DNA from: Ostrea edulis
Taxonomy: Eukaryota
Length of the DNA: 64,000 nucleotides
Assembly: GCF_947568905.1 (NCBI RefSeq)
Contig: NC_079170.1
Location: 48,236,001-48,300,000 of the forward strand
Direction: 5' to 3'
Below are positions 33,527 to 48,100 of the stretch, one piece after another; positions within the stretch are counted from its first letter, which is position 1; every line of letters starts with the position of its first letter. The position numbers were made by a program, and so were the translations under genes. The notes under the pieces were generated by a model. That model did no database searches. It was not told the DNA's origin and saw only the letters and a program-made list of their open reading frames with translations.

Positions 33527-36500
33527 GTGACACTAGTGTATACTACACATATAATGGAGACAGACACAGCTGAAACTTGTTGATTTATGTTGGTATATTA
33601 CTGAATTACATGTAACTGTGGATAAAGAAAGCAGAAAAATGTGTTACTAAAGATAGGTTGAAAATCATGCTTTTCAAAGACAAATGTTATATTCTAAAAT
33701 ATTATTTGAGTGTTGAAGTATGTATTATTTTTGGTACCAGAATATTGATATATAAAATTTTATTTCATGATTTACATTTGTTGATGGCATGTGTCCACCA
33801 TATTGCATGTTTTTTTGGTTATGTGTAAAACTGAATATTATTACACCTGTAGAGGTTTTCTGTGTTATTTTGACACAAATATGTGTACATGTAGAAAATC
33901 TGTTACAGGTAGTGGTTGTACATACTAAAGTGGGTTTCAATTTGTAAAAAAAAAATTGAAATGATTAAATGTAAACGAAATCTGACCTGCATATTTTGCT
34001 ACAATAAGTCTTTCATATAAATAAGAATTACAGTTATTAGAGCTTAACATGAGAATATTGAAGGAGTTGTTACTTTGAGAACAAAGAGCTAATTTGAATG
34101 TCTACCATAGTTTGGTGCATGCAGACACAGTTTAGGTTGACTTCATTAAACAGAGGTGTACTTTAAGAAACATGTACCTACTAAATTTATAAACTCATCA
34201 GATCTCTTCTGTATCATTTGTACGATTAACTAAACACAGTATGTACCAATACTAAATGATTAATCAATAGTCATCTCAAAGAGAGGCATACATACTCCTC
34301 TAAACAGTGATACTTGAGATGTTTGAATGACTAAATATGATTCTGGTCCAGACATTGATTTATCATTCTGTAGATGAAGTGACTGTTATACGATTCTGAT
34401 ACAGACATATAGATTTATCATTCTGTAGATGAAGCATGGTTTCTGTGGTAGCTGATCCTCTCCATGACTATTCACAAATATTATTTCCTTCCTCCGGTGA
34501 CATTTTTTTCTCTCCAACTTTATACACACTTGATACAAACAATAAAAAAGATGGATGCAGGGGTTGATATATCTGTATTTTTTTTTTCTTTGTTTGGTTG
34601 AAATAATTACAACAACAACAACAAAAAAAAAAAAAACAACATTCCTGAAAGTAAGAGACTTGCAAATTTTCTATGATGTTCAAAATTTGAAATATATTAC
34701 TCCTTCCTATATAACTCTATGAAAATTTGTTCTCAATGTTTTGGACTTAACTGAGAAATCATAGGAAAAAGTTACAATACATTTTACTTACAAAAACTTA
34801 AATTTTGTTTTCATTATTTTTGAAATTTTTTTAGCAAGTGTCATTGATGTCTTCTAAATTTCTGTATATTTATTTCGGTGTATTTTATCATAAGCAAGAA
34901 AGCACGAAGTTGGTTGTACAGTAGGATATGATATCCATCACAATTAGTCGACGTGTGATCTCCAGATTTTCTTATCAAGTTTGTATTTACTTAATATATG
35001 TATTCTTTATATTACAGAAAAAGGAGTTATGTACTATATAGTTTTTGAAAATTGTAATTGTAATTGTAAAATGGACTTTTTAAATTTTACCATAAAAAGG
35101 GATATGTAATTTAAATCCTTTGTGAATATTGGAAATGATATCCTCTTCAAATAATTTTTTTAGTAATTAAACATTCATTTGTATTTATCTAAATAAGGTT
35201 TTTAGGATTTGGTACCAAATGATTCCAAATGTTTGGGGCTGGGATTCTTAGTCTCTTTTGTTTGGAGGAATTGTGACAAGGGGAATAACTCCAGACAAAA
35301 TCTGTAAAACGGACTAAAATAGTCTCTAAAAGTAAACATTTTACAGATAATCTTAATTTTCATGTTCTCAGACAAGAAAAGGATATTAGATTTGAAAGTT
35401 TGTTCATTATAAACATGCATGTTACAAATTGGAATCCCTTAAAGTTCAAAATTTGCATTGTTGTTATTGTTTTAGCATGAAGAAGTTGTAGCGGGTGCAG
35501 TGTATACTTAAAGTGAAGATTTGGAGTTTTATTTTTCCTTTATGTATTTCTTTGAATACATCTCTATGATCTGATGTCAATTCTTGTTAATTTTAACATA
35601 ATTGATAATGTGTGTATATGATTAGGGCCTACGCTGGTCCCCTAAAATTACGTTCAGTTTCTTAAAGCAAAATCTGCTTCATTTTGAAGACAAATTTAAT
35701 GCACTACTCTCCAATATTATTTATAAAAAAGTTGACAATTTTAAGATGTGATGTTATAATTGATAACTTTTCCCAGAATTTTTAACCTTTGATGAAAACA
35801 TGCACTATCTTAGTCATTTTCTTTTCTGCAAATTTGGAGCCACTTCTTGAATGAGATGCAGTGTCTAAAACAAATTGAGGGAAGTTCTTTATAGTTTTAG
35901 CACTAATATACTGGAGGCCCCTTTTTGCTTGGAACAGCTCAGATCTGTGTCTCTATGTCACTGGTAGCAATTAATCTTGTTCACAAAGTTACTAAATTTT
36001 TGAATTGTTAACCTGTATGAAATTTGATTTTTTCAGTCACATGACAGTTGAAGAAATGTGTGGGGTTTTTTTTGTTGTTTTTTTTTTTACAGAAATTAAT
36101 ATATTGCAAGAAGTCCCATAAAACTGTTTGTCAATATTATTGTTTTTGTTATACAAGAACATTTATTTAATTATCAAAAATTACACATCAGAAAAGTTCA
36201 TGCCTTTCATCATGTGTAAAAAAAAAAAAATGTTTATCCAATGAAAACAAGTTTTGATTTGATCAGCTTGAATTTAATTTGAGGAATTGCCATTTTCGTA
36301 CACATGCAGGAAAATATTGAGGCGATACCCTAGATTAAAATAAATACAATAAATCATACTGAATCTCGCAGAATAAAAGATACATTAAATTAGTTTGCAA
36401 TCATTCCAAGAAACACGAGAATTTACCAATCACAGTTGGTCTTACAAAACATAGGATTAAATTTCAGATAAGTTTTTTCTCTGTTGACATGCAGAACTTG

Positions 36501-37290
36501 TAATTTATGTGCCACACACACCATTAGAAGTTGTGTGTTGTAATCCTCCTGTTTGAAGTTGTTTGTTGTTTTGATGACACCTCCTGTTTTGTAGTCATGT
36601 ATTTATGTTCACTGTTCATATAAAGTGGAACCTGTTACTGTTTTTGAATGATAGTTAAATTATTTTAAAATATAAATGAATTTGAAGTTTATACTGTTCG
36701 GGTTTGTTTGTGATGAATAATGGGTGATAAATAATGGTTCTTAACTCCGGATTTTACAAGGTATAGATGAAATCTGTCTTTAGCCAGGAATAAGGCCAAG
36801 GCTCATTCCAGCAGGAATCTGTGGTGCTGAGCACATGAGTCATTGCCTCTTGGGTGGGACTGGAGTCCATCTCATGTTAACCCACAACCAAAGCTGCTCT
36901 TAATTTACAGATAGGTGGATCGAGTCAGTACAGATATAGTACATGAACTCAGCCCTGTGGACAAAACATCAAGAGACTGCTCCAAATTTAACCAATATTG
37001 GTCTAGCACAACGACAGTCAGAATATTTTGACAATTCTTTCACAAGATTTTCAATTGAATATATATTGATGCGATTGTGCATGGCTTTGTCTGATTGTTA
37101 TTTTGAGAAAATGATATTGGTCTGTGCACTTTGTTAACTACCGGTATACATTAAAATTTACAAATCTTTATTTAGGTAATGAAATGATGACATTTGCACA
37201 GCAAGAGATTGTGCAGACAATTTTGCTTATTTTCATACGAATATTTCCTCAATTTACGTAGTGTATGATCATGTACCAAAGCCGTTTTGT

Positions 37291-37485
37291 TACCACTGTT
37301 CATTTTAATCTACAGTAGACAATACATTATATCAGGGTTAAACCTATGAAGTACATACCACTGTTCATTTTAATCTACAGTAGACAATACATTATATCAG
37401 GGTTAAACCTATGAAGTACATACCACTGTTCATTTTAATCTACAGTAGACAATACATTATATCAGGGTTAAACCTACGAAGTACA
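37291..37485. repeat. 65-bp tandem repeat x3
   Basis: TACCACTGTTCATTTTAATCTACAGTAGAC... at 37291, 37356 and 37421. Confidence 0.95.
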
Positions 37486-37854
37486 TGTCACATTCAAGAA
37501 ATATTTACATGAGCATGATCAGAATACATGTATTTGCAATTATGGTTTTAATGGATAATCTGCATTTCCTTCATCTTATTTGCATAGATATGCCTAATCT
37601 CAGATGCGTTCATTTTATGACTGAGGAAAGGGTAACACTATATGCCCCAAGCCATTTTCATGGTCAGCAGTCAACTGTGACAAAACTTGATCTGAAAACA
37701 TAAATTAGTAAATTATGTACCAAATTTCAGCTTCCTAAATCAGACTAGTTGTCTCCCTTCACTTCGCCAGTACAGCACTAATCACAATGAACTTCACCAG
37801 TTTCTGCTTGTATCAAAATCAGTTCATGTTCAGTATCTGATTGATTCAATGCAT

Positions 37855-38070
37855 TATTTACCTGTGACTCGATGCATAATCTACCAGTGACTCGATGCAT
37901 ATTCTACCTGTGACTCAATGCATAATCTGTGACTCAATGCATAATCTGTGACTCAATGCATAATCTCACTGTGACTTGAGGTATAATCTGCGATTCAATG
38001 CATAATCTACCTGTGACTCAATACATACTCAAAATCTTGCCATGACTCAATGTCTAATCTAACGCATAAT
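37855..38070. repeat. Degenerate 19-24-bp tandem repeat (CTGTGACTCAATGCATAAT)
   Basis: About 9 imperfect units directly visible. Confidence 0.85.
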
Positions 38071-38778
38071 CTTACTGAATAAATCCACATCCTAGAATGG
38101 AAAATCAAAACAAAAGGACTAAGTACTTTCTTTACCAGTATGTTTATTAACAGATTTGCAATATTCAACAATGTGCAGTAAAATTCATTTTGTAAATCAT
38201 TGAAAACATGCATTATAGATTAATTTTGATTTGAAGAACACTCATTGATTGAATTTCAAGTACAAACAGAAAGTCAAATTCATATGATTTCTAGCAACTA
38301 TTGTTATGAAATTTTTCTGTTTATATCTGAATAAACTATGAGATTCTTCTCTATTTATGCATATATACATTTAAATTGCTCAAAACATACTTAAAGGCAC
38401 TAATTTCTTTAAATCACACTTATTTAAATATGTAAATATACATGAACTTACATGGGTAAAATCATATTCATTTTGCTATGGACTTGCAAGTTTGCAACAT
38501 AACATATATAAATTATCACATCTTGGCAATCTGAACATTCACACAATGCCATTATGTACACACTGTGTCAATTCAATATTATTCACAAACAATTCATTGC
38601 AGATACAAGAATATAACAACAATTAAATACTTTCTACATCACCCGATTCACTAACTTTTACTGTCACTCCATGAATTCAATTCAGTCCTTAAAATCTAAA
38701 CATATTTTCATACTGCTCTTTATTCAAATTTGAAATACTTCACATTTAAAACATATCCTCTTATGAATCTCCTGCTTC

Positions 38779-39202
38779 CTATGCCTCTTCAGATTTGTCC
38801 TCTTCCTTTTCTTCTTCTTTATCCTCATCCTTCTCTTCTTCTTTATCCTCATCCTTCTCTTCTTCCTTTTCTTCATCCTTCTCCTCTTCTTCCTCCTTCT
38901 CTTCTTCCTTTTCTTCATCCTTCTCCTCTTCCTCATCCTCCTCTTCTTCCTTTTCCTCATCCTTCTCTTCTTCCTTTTCCTCATCCTTCTCTTCCTCTTT
39001 TTCCTCATCTTTTTCATCTGATTTCTCTTCTTCCTTGTCATCCAATTTTTCCTCTTCCTTGGCTCCAGATCCCTCACCAATTTCCTCTTCCTCCTTGCGT
39101 TCCTCAGATTCTAATGGTTTGGGAGATTCCTCCATTTTGATATCTCCTGCTTCGTTATCTACTTCTTTGCCCTTTTTCCCACTCCCTGGTAATCCAGGAA
39201 TC
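38779..39202 (-). CDS. Last coding exon: Glu/Asp/Lys-rich cytoplasmic tail
   Basis: The acceptor at 39203-39204 splices in frame into the ORF-track ORF 38779-39135 (…KDEEKEEEKDEEKEEE…SEEA*). Confidence 0.88.
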
Positions 39203-42200
39203 CTGAAAACAGATAGTGTTCATGAATGAAAATATGACACATCATCTTAATTTACTTTCATCTCAATTTAATTCCAGTCCTAAATCATTTAAAGTATACA
39301 GCATTTCAAGTCATTAATTTCTGCCAGATCATGAATGTTACAATTCAAAATCTAAATTTCATACTTGTTTAGTTTCTAATTCAATTTTGGCTGAAATAAA
39401 TATTCTTTTAAAATATCAAAATCCTTATAAAGGATTATCACTGCTCCATAAATAGTGCCCTGCTTTACAAACAATGGCCATTGTTTTATGATACTTACAT
39501 GCCTGACCGACTGAGGAAAATGAACAAAAGTAGTAGAATGATTACGACACCAACAAGTGTGAAAATGACAGCAAGAGCTGCAACCCAGCCTTCAGGTCCC
39601 TCCCCTGAAACAGTAACCCCAGGAGTGGTGGCACCCTGCAATAAATTTATAAGCAAATAACTTCATAGAGGTTTTAATAAAACCCACTGATAACAGACTG
39701 ACTCAGGTGAGCTAAAATAGTATTAAGTACATTTTAGTGTGTCTACTTATAGAATTTGGATCTCTAATGCTTATGCAATGTATTTGAACATATTAAAACA
39801 TTTCCAGAGTAAATTCATCCCAACTGAACGTATTTGGATAATTTGTACTTGTAGCTTACGAGGGGTTGGACGGATGAACTTGAAATCGGTGTTGTGGATG
39901 GAATGGAGTTGGTATCATTAGTGACTAGTTGAATTGGTGCAGCTGTGATGTTTAGAGTTCTTCCTGTCTCTGTTCTAACTGTATTAACAATATTGGACAC
40001 AACAGCTTGAGTTCTGAAAAAAGAAAGAAAAGAAATTGAGATATATTAAAAATATGTTGAATAGACGTTACAGCAAACTTCATTTCAGTAGGGACTTGTT
40101 AAATGTATCCCAAAGAGATCTTATCATAGACAAAATTGGTCTGTTTTGAGCCAAACTATGGTAAACTTCATTTGTGGTACCATTGACCTTTATCATCATA
40201 TAGATTTGACCTTTTAGTGTATATGATGTCTCTACCTGTTATGACTATGATTAAAGCCATCTTTCATTAGTTATAAAAACTACTGGAGGCATGCCATCAC
40301 ATTTCTCTTCTCAATAACCATTACAATTACAAACAAAAGATGTTTGTAAAACACATATGCCCCCCCATAGTGCAAAATTGAAAAGGGTTATACACACACA
40401 TCATTTAATTGAGAGCAGTATCATCAATTCAAAATATTGAGCAGACAATATCTTTCTATGTCAAGAGTGGATTGACCAGGTGACCTAAAAATCAATAGGG
40501 GTCATCAACTCCTGAAGATGTACAAGTGTACCAAGTTTGATGTCTGTCAAGCAAAGGGTTCTCAAAATATTGAACGGACAGTATATTCCTATGTCCAGTT
40601 TGACCCTTGACCTTTAACTATGTGACCTCAAAATCAATAGGTGTCATCTTCTCCTGATGATGTACCAGTGTACCAAGTTTGATGTCTGTCTCAAGATACT
40701 GAACAGACAGCATATTCCAATGTCCAGTTTGACCCTTGACCTTTGACCTCAAAATCAATAGGGGTCATCTTCTTCTAAAGATATACCAGTTCACCAAGTT
40801 TGATGTCTGTCGAGCAAAGGATTCTTGAGACATTGATTGGTCAATATATTCCTATGTCCAATTTCACCCTTGACCAGGTGACCTCAAAATCAATAGGGGT
40901 CATCTACTCCTTTAGATGTACTAGTGTATGTACCAAGTTTGATGTCTGTCAAGCCAAGGGTTCTTAAGATATTGAGTGGACAGTATATTCCTATGTCCAG
41001 AGTAGACTGACCCTTGACCTTTAATGTTTTGACCTGAAAAACAATAGGGGTCTTCTTCTTTTTTTTATAACCAACCCACATATGAAATATCATTACGATC
41101 AAGTGAATGGTTCTCAAGATATTGAGCGGACAAAATGTGGTTTACCAACTGACAGGTGCAAACCAATATGCCCCTCTTCTTTGAAGGGGGGCAAAATAAA
41201 CTATTTTGGGCATGGTCACAGGTTGTTGCACGTATAACTATCAGGTCAAGGTGCCAATTTCAATAATGCAAATCAAACCTGTACTGTACAAGTTTGTTTT
41301 TCTTATCAAAAGTAAAAAAAGCAACCCAACATTTCAACAATTATAAATGATTCCAACAATCTGCAATGAGTAATATAGAAATAAATTTTTCATTTTAATG
41401 ATTTCAAAAATCATCTCACAATTTACATGCATTACAGGCCAAATGAAATATTTTAAAAACATGACGAACACAGGTTACAAAATATTTCTCTTACTTGTAT
41501 ACCAATAATCTATGATTTTGAATGATAACTTTAAAGTTGCAGACAAAAGACAACCTTCAGTCTCCAAGATGTAAAATTGCTCAATGACAACTGCCCCCCC
41601 CCCCCCCCCATCAACCACATGCAATTATATCATTTGGGTTTGAATTTACTTCTCTCCGATAGTAAATTCAAATCCAAATTATGTAATTGCCTGTGACATC
41701 AACTAACCAAGTTTGATGGACTCAAGGCATGCAAGATTTGACCTGGATACAATTCGAGTACACGACGCCATAGAATTCCAGGAGGCCCCAGTGTGGGTTG
41801 CTGGGGCCTCCTGGAATTCTATGGCTTCATGTACTCGAATTGTATCCAGGTCAAATCTTGCATGCCTTGAAAAAAGCAACCCAACGTTTTGGGTCACTTG
41901 TATAAAAAGTAACATGTAATTTTTAATAATCCCCTTCAAAGAGGGTGTGACCCTTCATTTGAACAAACTTGAATCCCATTTACCTAAGGAAGCTTTCTGA
42001 CAAGATTAGTCGATATTAGCCCAGTCTAAGTGCATGTGAAAAGTGACTAATGCTACTGACATAGACAATGGCAATTGAGCTCTTAACTCAGATGTGCAAA
42101 ATTTTTAGAAGTATTCTAGAACTAACCTTTTAGGACAACTGGAGGAATCTGTAGAGAATTCGGTGACAAAAAACAGTCATGCAAGAGAAGCTGCTTTTTT

Positions 42201-45089
42201 GTCATAACCAATCAAAAGTCATTATTGTCTTGTCTAGTCAATAACGGCAAGAACCTTATATCCGAGAAACAGATGAGTACATAACAGATGGAAGACTAGA
42301 TTCTATAACAACAGAACATTTAAAAGGTTCATGCAAGTGAATACAGCACTGTGGTGCAAATAAACTTACATTGCTGGAGAACTCATGATAGATGCCAATG
42401 CAGCCTGTGGAATAGCAATTTCATTTGCACCAAGAGATACAGCGCGCTTTTTGCGCTTCTTACTGGCCTGACAAAGCGCATTGTTTCGGTCTGATTTGAC
42501 AATGAGCATAATCTGGGTCACACCTAGTACGTCCCTTGGATAACCACTGCCAATTGCTATTTTCTCAGCAGTTGTGTATGTCTTGGGACTAGAGGTGCTG
42601 GGCCTAGTGGAAGAAATAAACCATACCCCATGTAAACATCATTTAACAAAATAAAAGCCAATATTGTTTGATTTTGGCACATTTAATTTGAAAGTGCTGT
42701 TATTGAAAGAAAAAAAAACCCCACTTTTATAAACATTTACCAGGTACAAAGAATTGTCTGGATATCAATTTTTTTATTATCATTAATTAATATAAAACAT
42801 TGACATGTTCCTGTAAATTGACTGGTTAATTCACAATGGTACTTACACATAAGTGGATGCGCTGTTGCAACACTGCCTCAGGTTCGCATTGTTTGTATTA
42901 CAGAAACTGTTTATACTAGAAGCTACTGTACTACGGAATTCTCCTCTCACTCTTATTGTGAACTGAAAATCAAACACCATGTTCTCATGTTAAATCATAT
43001 TTTACATGGAAATTCTAGGAATTTTAAAACAATAGAGTATGATAATAATAAAACTCTTGAAAGACTCTGAAAGTTTTGTTTTCTGGATATTATAAGGTTC
43101 ACAGTAATAGGCAAAGTCCAACAACATCTGCACCCAGTTTTAGGATTTTTTGTAATCTATAAACAGAATCCAAAATGATCAAATTTGTGAAAATTTGATC
43201 AAAAGCATGTCCCATTGATATTGATTCCTAAGGACCCAATAATACTGATATTCCTTGAGACAAGAGATTAAAATCCTTACCACTGATACAGGTAGTCCAT
43301 TGAATTGCAGAACAATACCATATTTCTTCTCAACTTCATTAGCTGTACAAAAAACAATGCAGGTTGTTGACATAGACACAATCATCTGATACCAATCCTA
43401 CACTCCCCCATGTTTACCTTCCCACTGAGGGGAACAGCATTTACATGTAATGACTGCGATATAGAGTTTACAGTCTCCTACATGTAATTACTGCATGGTA
43501 ATAATTCCCAGTCATTTAAAAATTGTTATACAGATTATTATGCTGAATTAATCAACAATATTTTTATTATTTGAGCTGTAGATTTTAAAGCTTGCAAAGT
43601 AGTTTACATAAGTGGAAAATTAAGAAAAAATTGTGCATACAAAAATTCTAAATTTCAAAGACCACCTGAAAATTCAAGAACTTGTGCATCAATAAAAACT
43701 TACGAGGACAGAGTTGTGTGTTACAATTTTGGGTTTGTGAACGTGCCCCTGTACAATCTGCCCCGAATCCCTGCTTGGTCGGATTAGTGCAGGTCCTTGA
43801 TCTTGTCTGCGTTCCTGAGTCACACTCCTTGGTACAGTTACCCCAGGAAGACCAGTTAGAAAGACCACCATTACGATCTGGAAAATTTGGGTAATATTAC
43901 TCGTTTACGACTTATACCTGTCTTCAGGCAACAAAAATTTCAAATTAAACTTTATTTCATCTTATTCCGATTTGGCAGTTATATTCATGGCTGTGGCTTT
44001 CCTTACAATATCCTACCTTTACACACATTGTTGGGTCCCAGAATGTAGCCATTTGTACAAGAACAGTTGTATCCTCCTTGAGTGTTGGTACAGTTACTAT
44101 TGGTAGCATAACAAGGGGAGGTCTTGCACTCATCGATGTCTGGAATAAATCAAGTCATCTTGTATCAGTCTACCTAACAGCCACAATCTTGCACGAGTTT
44201 AATTACAATTCATTTCCTAAACTGTACATGTTAGTCATCAAGGAAGACATTTTGTTACCAAAGCAAACCTGCGTGCAGACATTCCATTTGATGTGTTCTG
44301 CATAGTCTAGTTTTATATGCATTTTTACCATTGTGTGGAATACTGATGAATAATAATTTATTCTGCTATTTGTCACATGGTACCTCTGCCTGTTGACATT
44401 CATTTGACCTTTATAAGTATTGTACTACCACCTACCGTTACATGAGGTCCCATCTGCTGCCAGTTGGAAGCCGGTAGGACACTGACAAGTATCAGTACCA
44501 TTCACCTTGGCACACTGTTGATTCAAGCAGGTGGCTTTCTTGACTGACCCACATTCAGCTTCCACTGTGAAATACAGACCACAGATTTGAGTACAATGCG
44601 CAATGCATGTATGGCAACTATAAAACAAGAGGTCCAAGGGCCACATCGCTCACCTGAGTCACTTTGGCTCATATTTAAACATTTTCCCTATATATGTGTA
44701 TGCAAAACTTTGACCCCCCCCCCTTGTGACCCCATCCTACCCCTGGGGTCCATGATTTTAACAAACTGAAATCTGTCAGAAAGTTTTCATGTAAATATCA
44801 GCTTTTCTGGCTCAGTGGTTCTTGAGAAGAAGATTTTTAAAGATTTTCCTTATATATTCGTATGCAAAACTTTGATCCCCTGGGCCATGATTTGAACAAA
44901 CTTGAATCTGCACTATGTCAGGAAGCTTTTAAGTAAAATTCAACTTTTCTGGCCCAGTGGATTTTTGAGAAGATTTTTAAATGACTCCACCCTATTTTTG
45001 TGATTATCTCCCCTTTGAAAGGGACATGGCCCTTCATTTGAACAAATTGGAAAGTCCTTTACCCAAGGATGCTTTGTGACAAGTTTGGT

Positions 45090-45120
<31 letters not shown>

Positions 45121-48100
45121 TCGAAAATGTGAAAAGTATACATCACCGCCGACAAATTTTGATCTGAAAAGCTCACTTGAGCCTTTGGCTCAGATGAGCT
45201 AAAAAATATCCAAAATTTGCTATATAAAACAAATTATTGACTTACAGGTGAAGTGTACAGTAAATTTTTTACTACCCAGGCACTAAGAACATACAAACCT
45301 CTCTGTCACTAGGTCATTGCTATCAATATTTTAGTTCTGACCTTAACACCTCTCTAATTTGTAACAAAATATACCATTTCAATTGAAAGATTTATTGGAA
45401 TTACTGATTTTTAGAGTAAATCTTGCTAATACAAAAATTTCTACATTTACAGCCCTTTACTCTATAAATCTACAGTCTTTCTGTTTATGCTACACACACT
45501 TTGCTTCATCAGTAGAAAGTAACAGGTTAAAGAGCCTTTAAAACAATACAACCAACACAACACAACACAAATTCCTTTGTAATAACAAAATTAACATCTG
45601 CCATAACATCCTTACCAATACAGTTCCTTTGGTCTGCAGTGAGTCTATATCCTGTCCGACAAGCACATTCATATCCACCATCATTGTTTCTGCACACTTG
45701 TTGGCAGCCATGATTTCCAGTGCATTCATCCACATCTGAAAAGTTTAGAACAAATTTAACACACACAAAAGGTAAATAAGCATCAATAGTCACCCTATTT
45801 GAATGTTCTGATAAAGACATGGCTCTTAAATGCTACTGAGCTACAATTTTAGTTCCATAATATGCCAAGCCAAGACCTGCTAATAGGTAGTACACCAATT
45901 GATGATGAAATGCCTTGTACTTCAATACACTGTTGCCTATTGCTCTTTAGAAGAAAATTTTCCCATAATTCCCAATGTAAAACCCATTTTGTTGTTCCAT
46001 TCTGGTCCTAGGAACCATGGCAGTCAGACTTTTCAATGCAGGGTTGTTCATGAATAGCTAACTAATTCTTGTGAATTACTTACCATTACATGTTCGTTTA
46101 TCTCCAGCTAACTGGAACCCACTTCGGCAGCCACAGGTGAAGCTCCCTATAGTGTTTGTGCAAGTTCTTCTCGCCACACGACTGTCACAGTTATGGGTAT
46201 TGAGAGCACATTCATCAATATCTGCATTGAACAAAGGTTAGGTCACAGTACTAAGTAAATTGCCATGTTATTTCACATTTTCCAATACAACTAACAGTAT
46301 CACAAGACTACAAGTGGTGCATGAAACTAAATGGTCACCGAGTTTCACACATCAAACTAGGTCTTTAAAAGTACTAATTAGCACAATCTACCTGAACATA
46401 TTCTGCCATTCCCTGAGAACCCTGCCTTACAGGCACAGGTGTATCCCCCTGCAGTGTTTGTACAAGTGCCATTAGCGTGGCAATCATTGGCACCTGCACA
46501 TTCATTAATATCTGTAATAAAAAAGCATAAATTTATACATTATACAAAATGTTGGTCAAATTATAATCTTCTTATATACAGGTGTTATATTTATACTGAC
46601 ATTATACAGCATTATCACAATGTTATCAGATAGCTTTATAAATAAATAATATAAAAACATATTTAAATCAATTTATATACTTAATTAACTCAACAAAAAT
46701 AAGTAACAGAATTAGTTTGTAAATACTGTGGTTTCACAGTTTTTTTTCCATTGAATACTGATATTCAGGTACTAATTCTTTTTTCTTTTTACAACACTTT
46801 GTCATATTTTCACACACTATGCTGGCATACCTTGACATAGAGCCCCTACTTTGGAGTAGCCTGATACACATTGACACTCATACCCTGGATCCTTGTTGAC
46901 ACACTGAGAATTGGCGGGACAGCTGGCAGTGCCCAGTGTACATTCATTGGCATCTGTAACCAATTGAAGCAACCATTAAAACATTTCATCAGAGAGTGCA
47001 ATACAATCAAATTCATTTATCAAATACCATCCCATACACACCATTATACTTTGTTTAATGTCATGATGCAAACTTGTAATGTTATTTCTGATTTTAGATT
47101 TAACTGTCTTACTCTTGAAATTGTTTTTGAATCACGGTATGCTTTTAATTGATTACTATTCAGATTGTATCATTATTGTTGAATCAGATGGAATACCTAA
47201 CTGTCATCATAGCAACACACATCTAGTATCATTTCGTCTCTTACATAGCTTTCATTACCACAAAACAAGGTCTACAAGGAGCATGGATATGTCCATCAAG
47301 GCTTTTAAGTGTACGAGTACACCTATCCAAGCTCTGAGGATCATAGTCTAAACAAACTTGAATCTCGTTTATATTATAAGGATCAATGCTTCTATATAAA
47401 CAAGTTATAGCCTTTCTGGTTCCATGGATCTTGAGAAGATTTAAACCACATATTTTCTAGATCTTTATGATACCAGTATCCTTTTATGCAAGGATGCTTT
47501 GTGACAAATTTAGTTAAAATTGGTTTAGTGGTTCTAGAGAAGCAACAATTTAGTAAATACAACATACTATTAAATTTCAATTAGTTTAGCTCATTAGAGC
47601 TAGAAATGCAATATAATTTGAATAGAAGACCAGAAACTCACAAAAGTACTATATACATCACATAGGTCTACTGGAAATGCACAAGAATTCAGAGACAAAT
47701 AGCACAGACCATACATGATATGGATGGTATGTGTGGTGTGTACATATATCAATAATAAGCTCTCCAATAATTTCCTCTGGGAGTTAATTGTTTTCATATC
47801 CCTGAAATAGTCTCATTGAATTGATATCCTCCAATAAATAAATCAACATACCAGTACAGATGGTGTTCTGGGTTTTGACATAGGAACTGTTGACACAGTT
47901 ACAGACATAAGAACCATTAGTGTTCAAGCAGACCACATTGTTGGCAATTCTGCACAGGTTGTCCACTTCTGAGGCACATTCATTTTTATCTGTATTCAAA
48001 AAAAAAAATATTGTATAAGAATTACATGTAGGATTCAAATTAGCACATTTGCATAAAAAAACCCAGCCATCATTGATGAAAGTTTAGGAGAGTAAGGGAA

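Noticed and set aside
38724-39229. ORFs for a very basic Arg/Lys protein (38724-39080 -), a Pro/Leu/His protein (38730-39140 +) and a poly-Ser protein (38795-39229 +)
   Set aside because: These are alternative-frame and antisense shadows of the purine-rich acidic-tail repeat. Only the acidic frame is joined in phase to the upstream TM exon.
41703-41939. Pair of near-identical ORFs on opposite strands
   Set aside because: A direct consequence of the 70-bp-arm palindrome. There is no splice or homology support.
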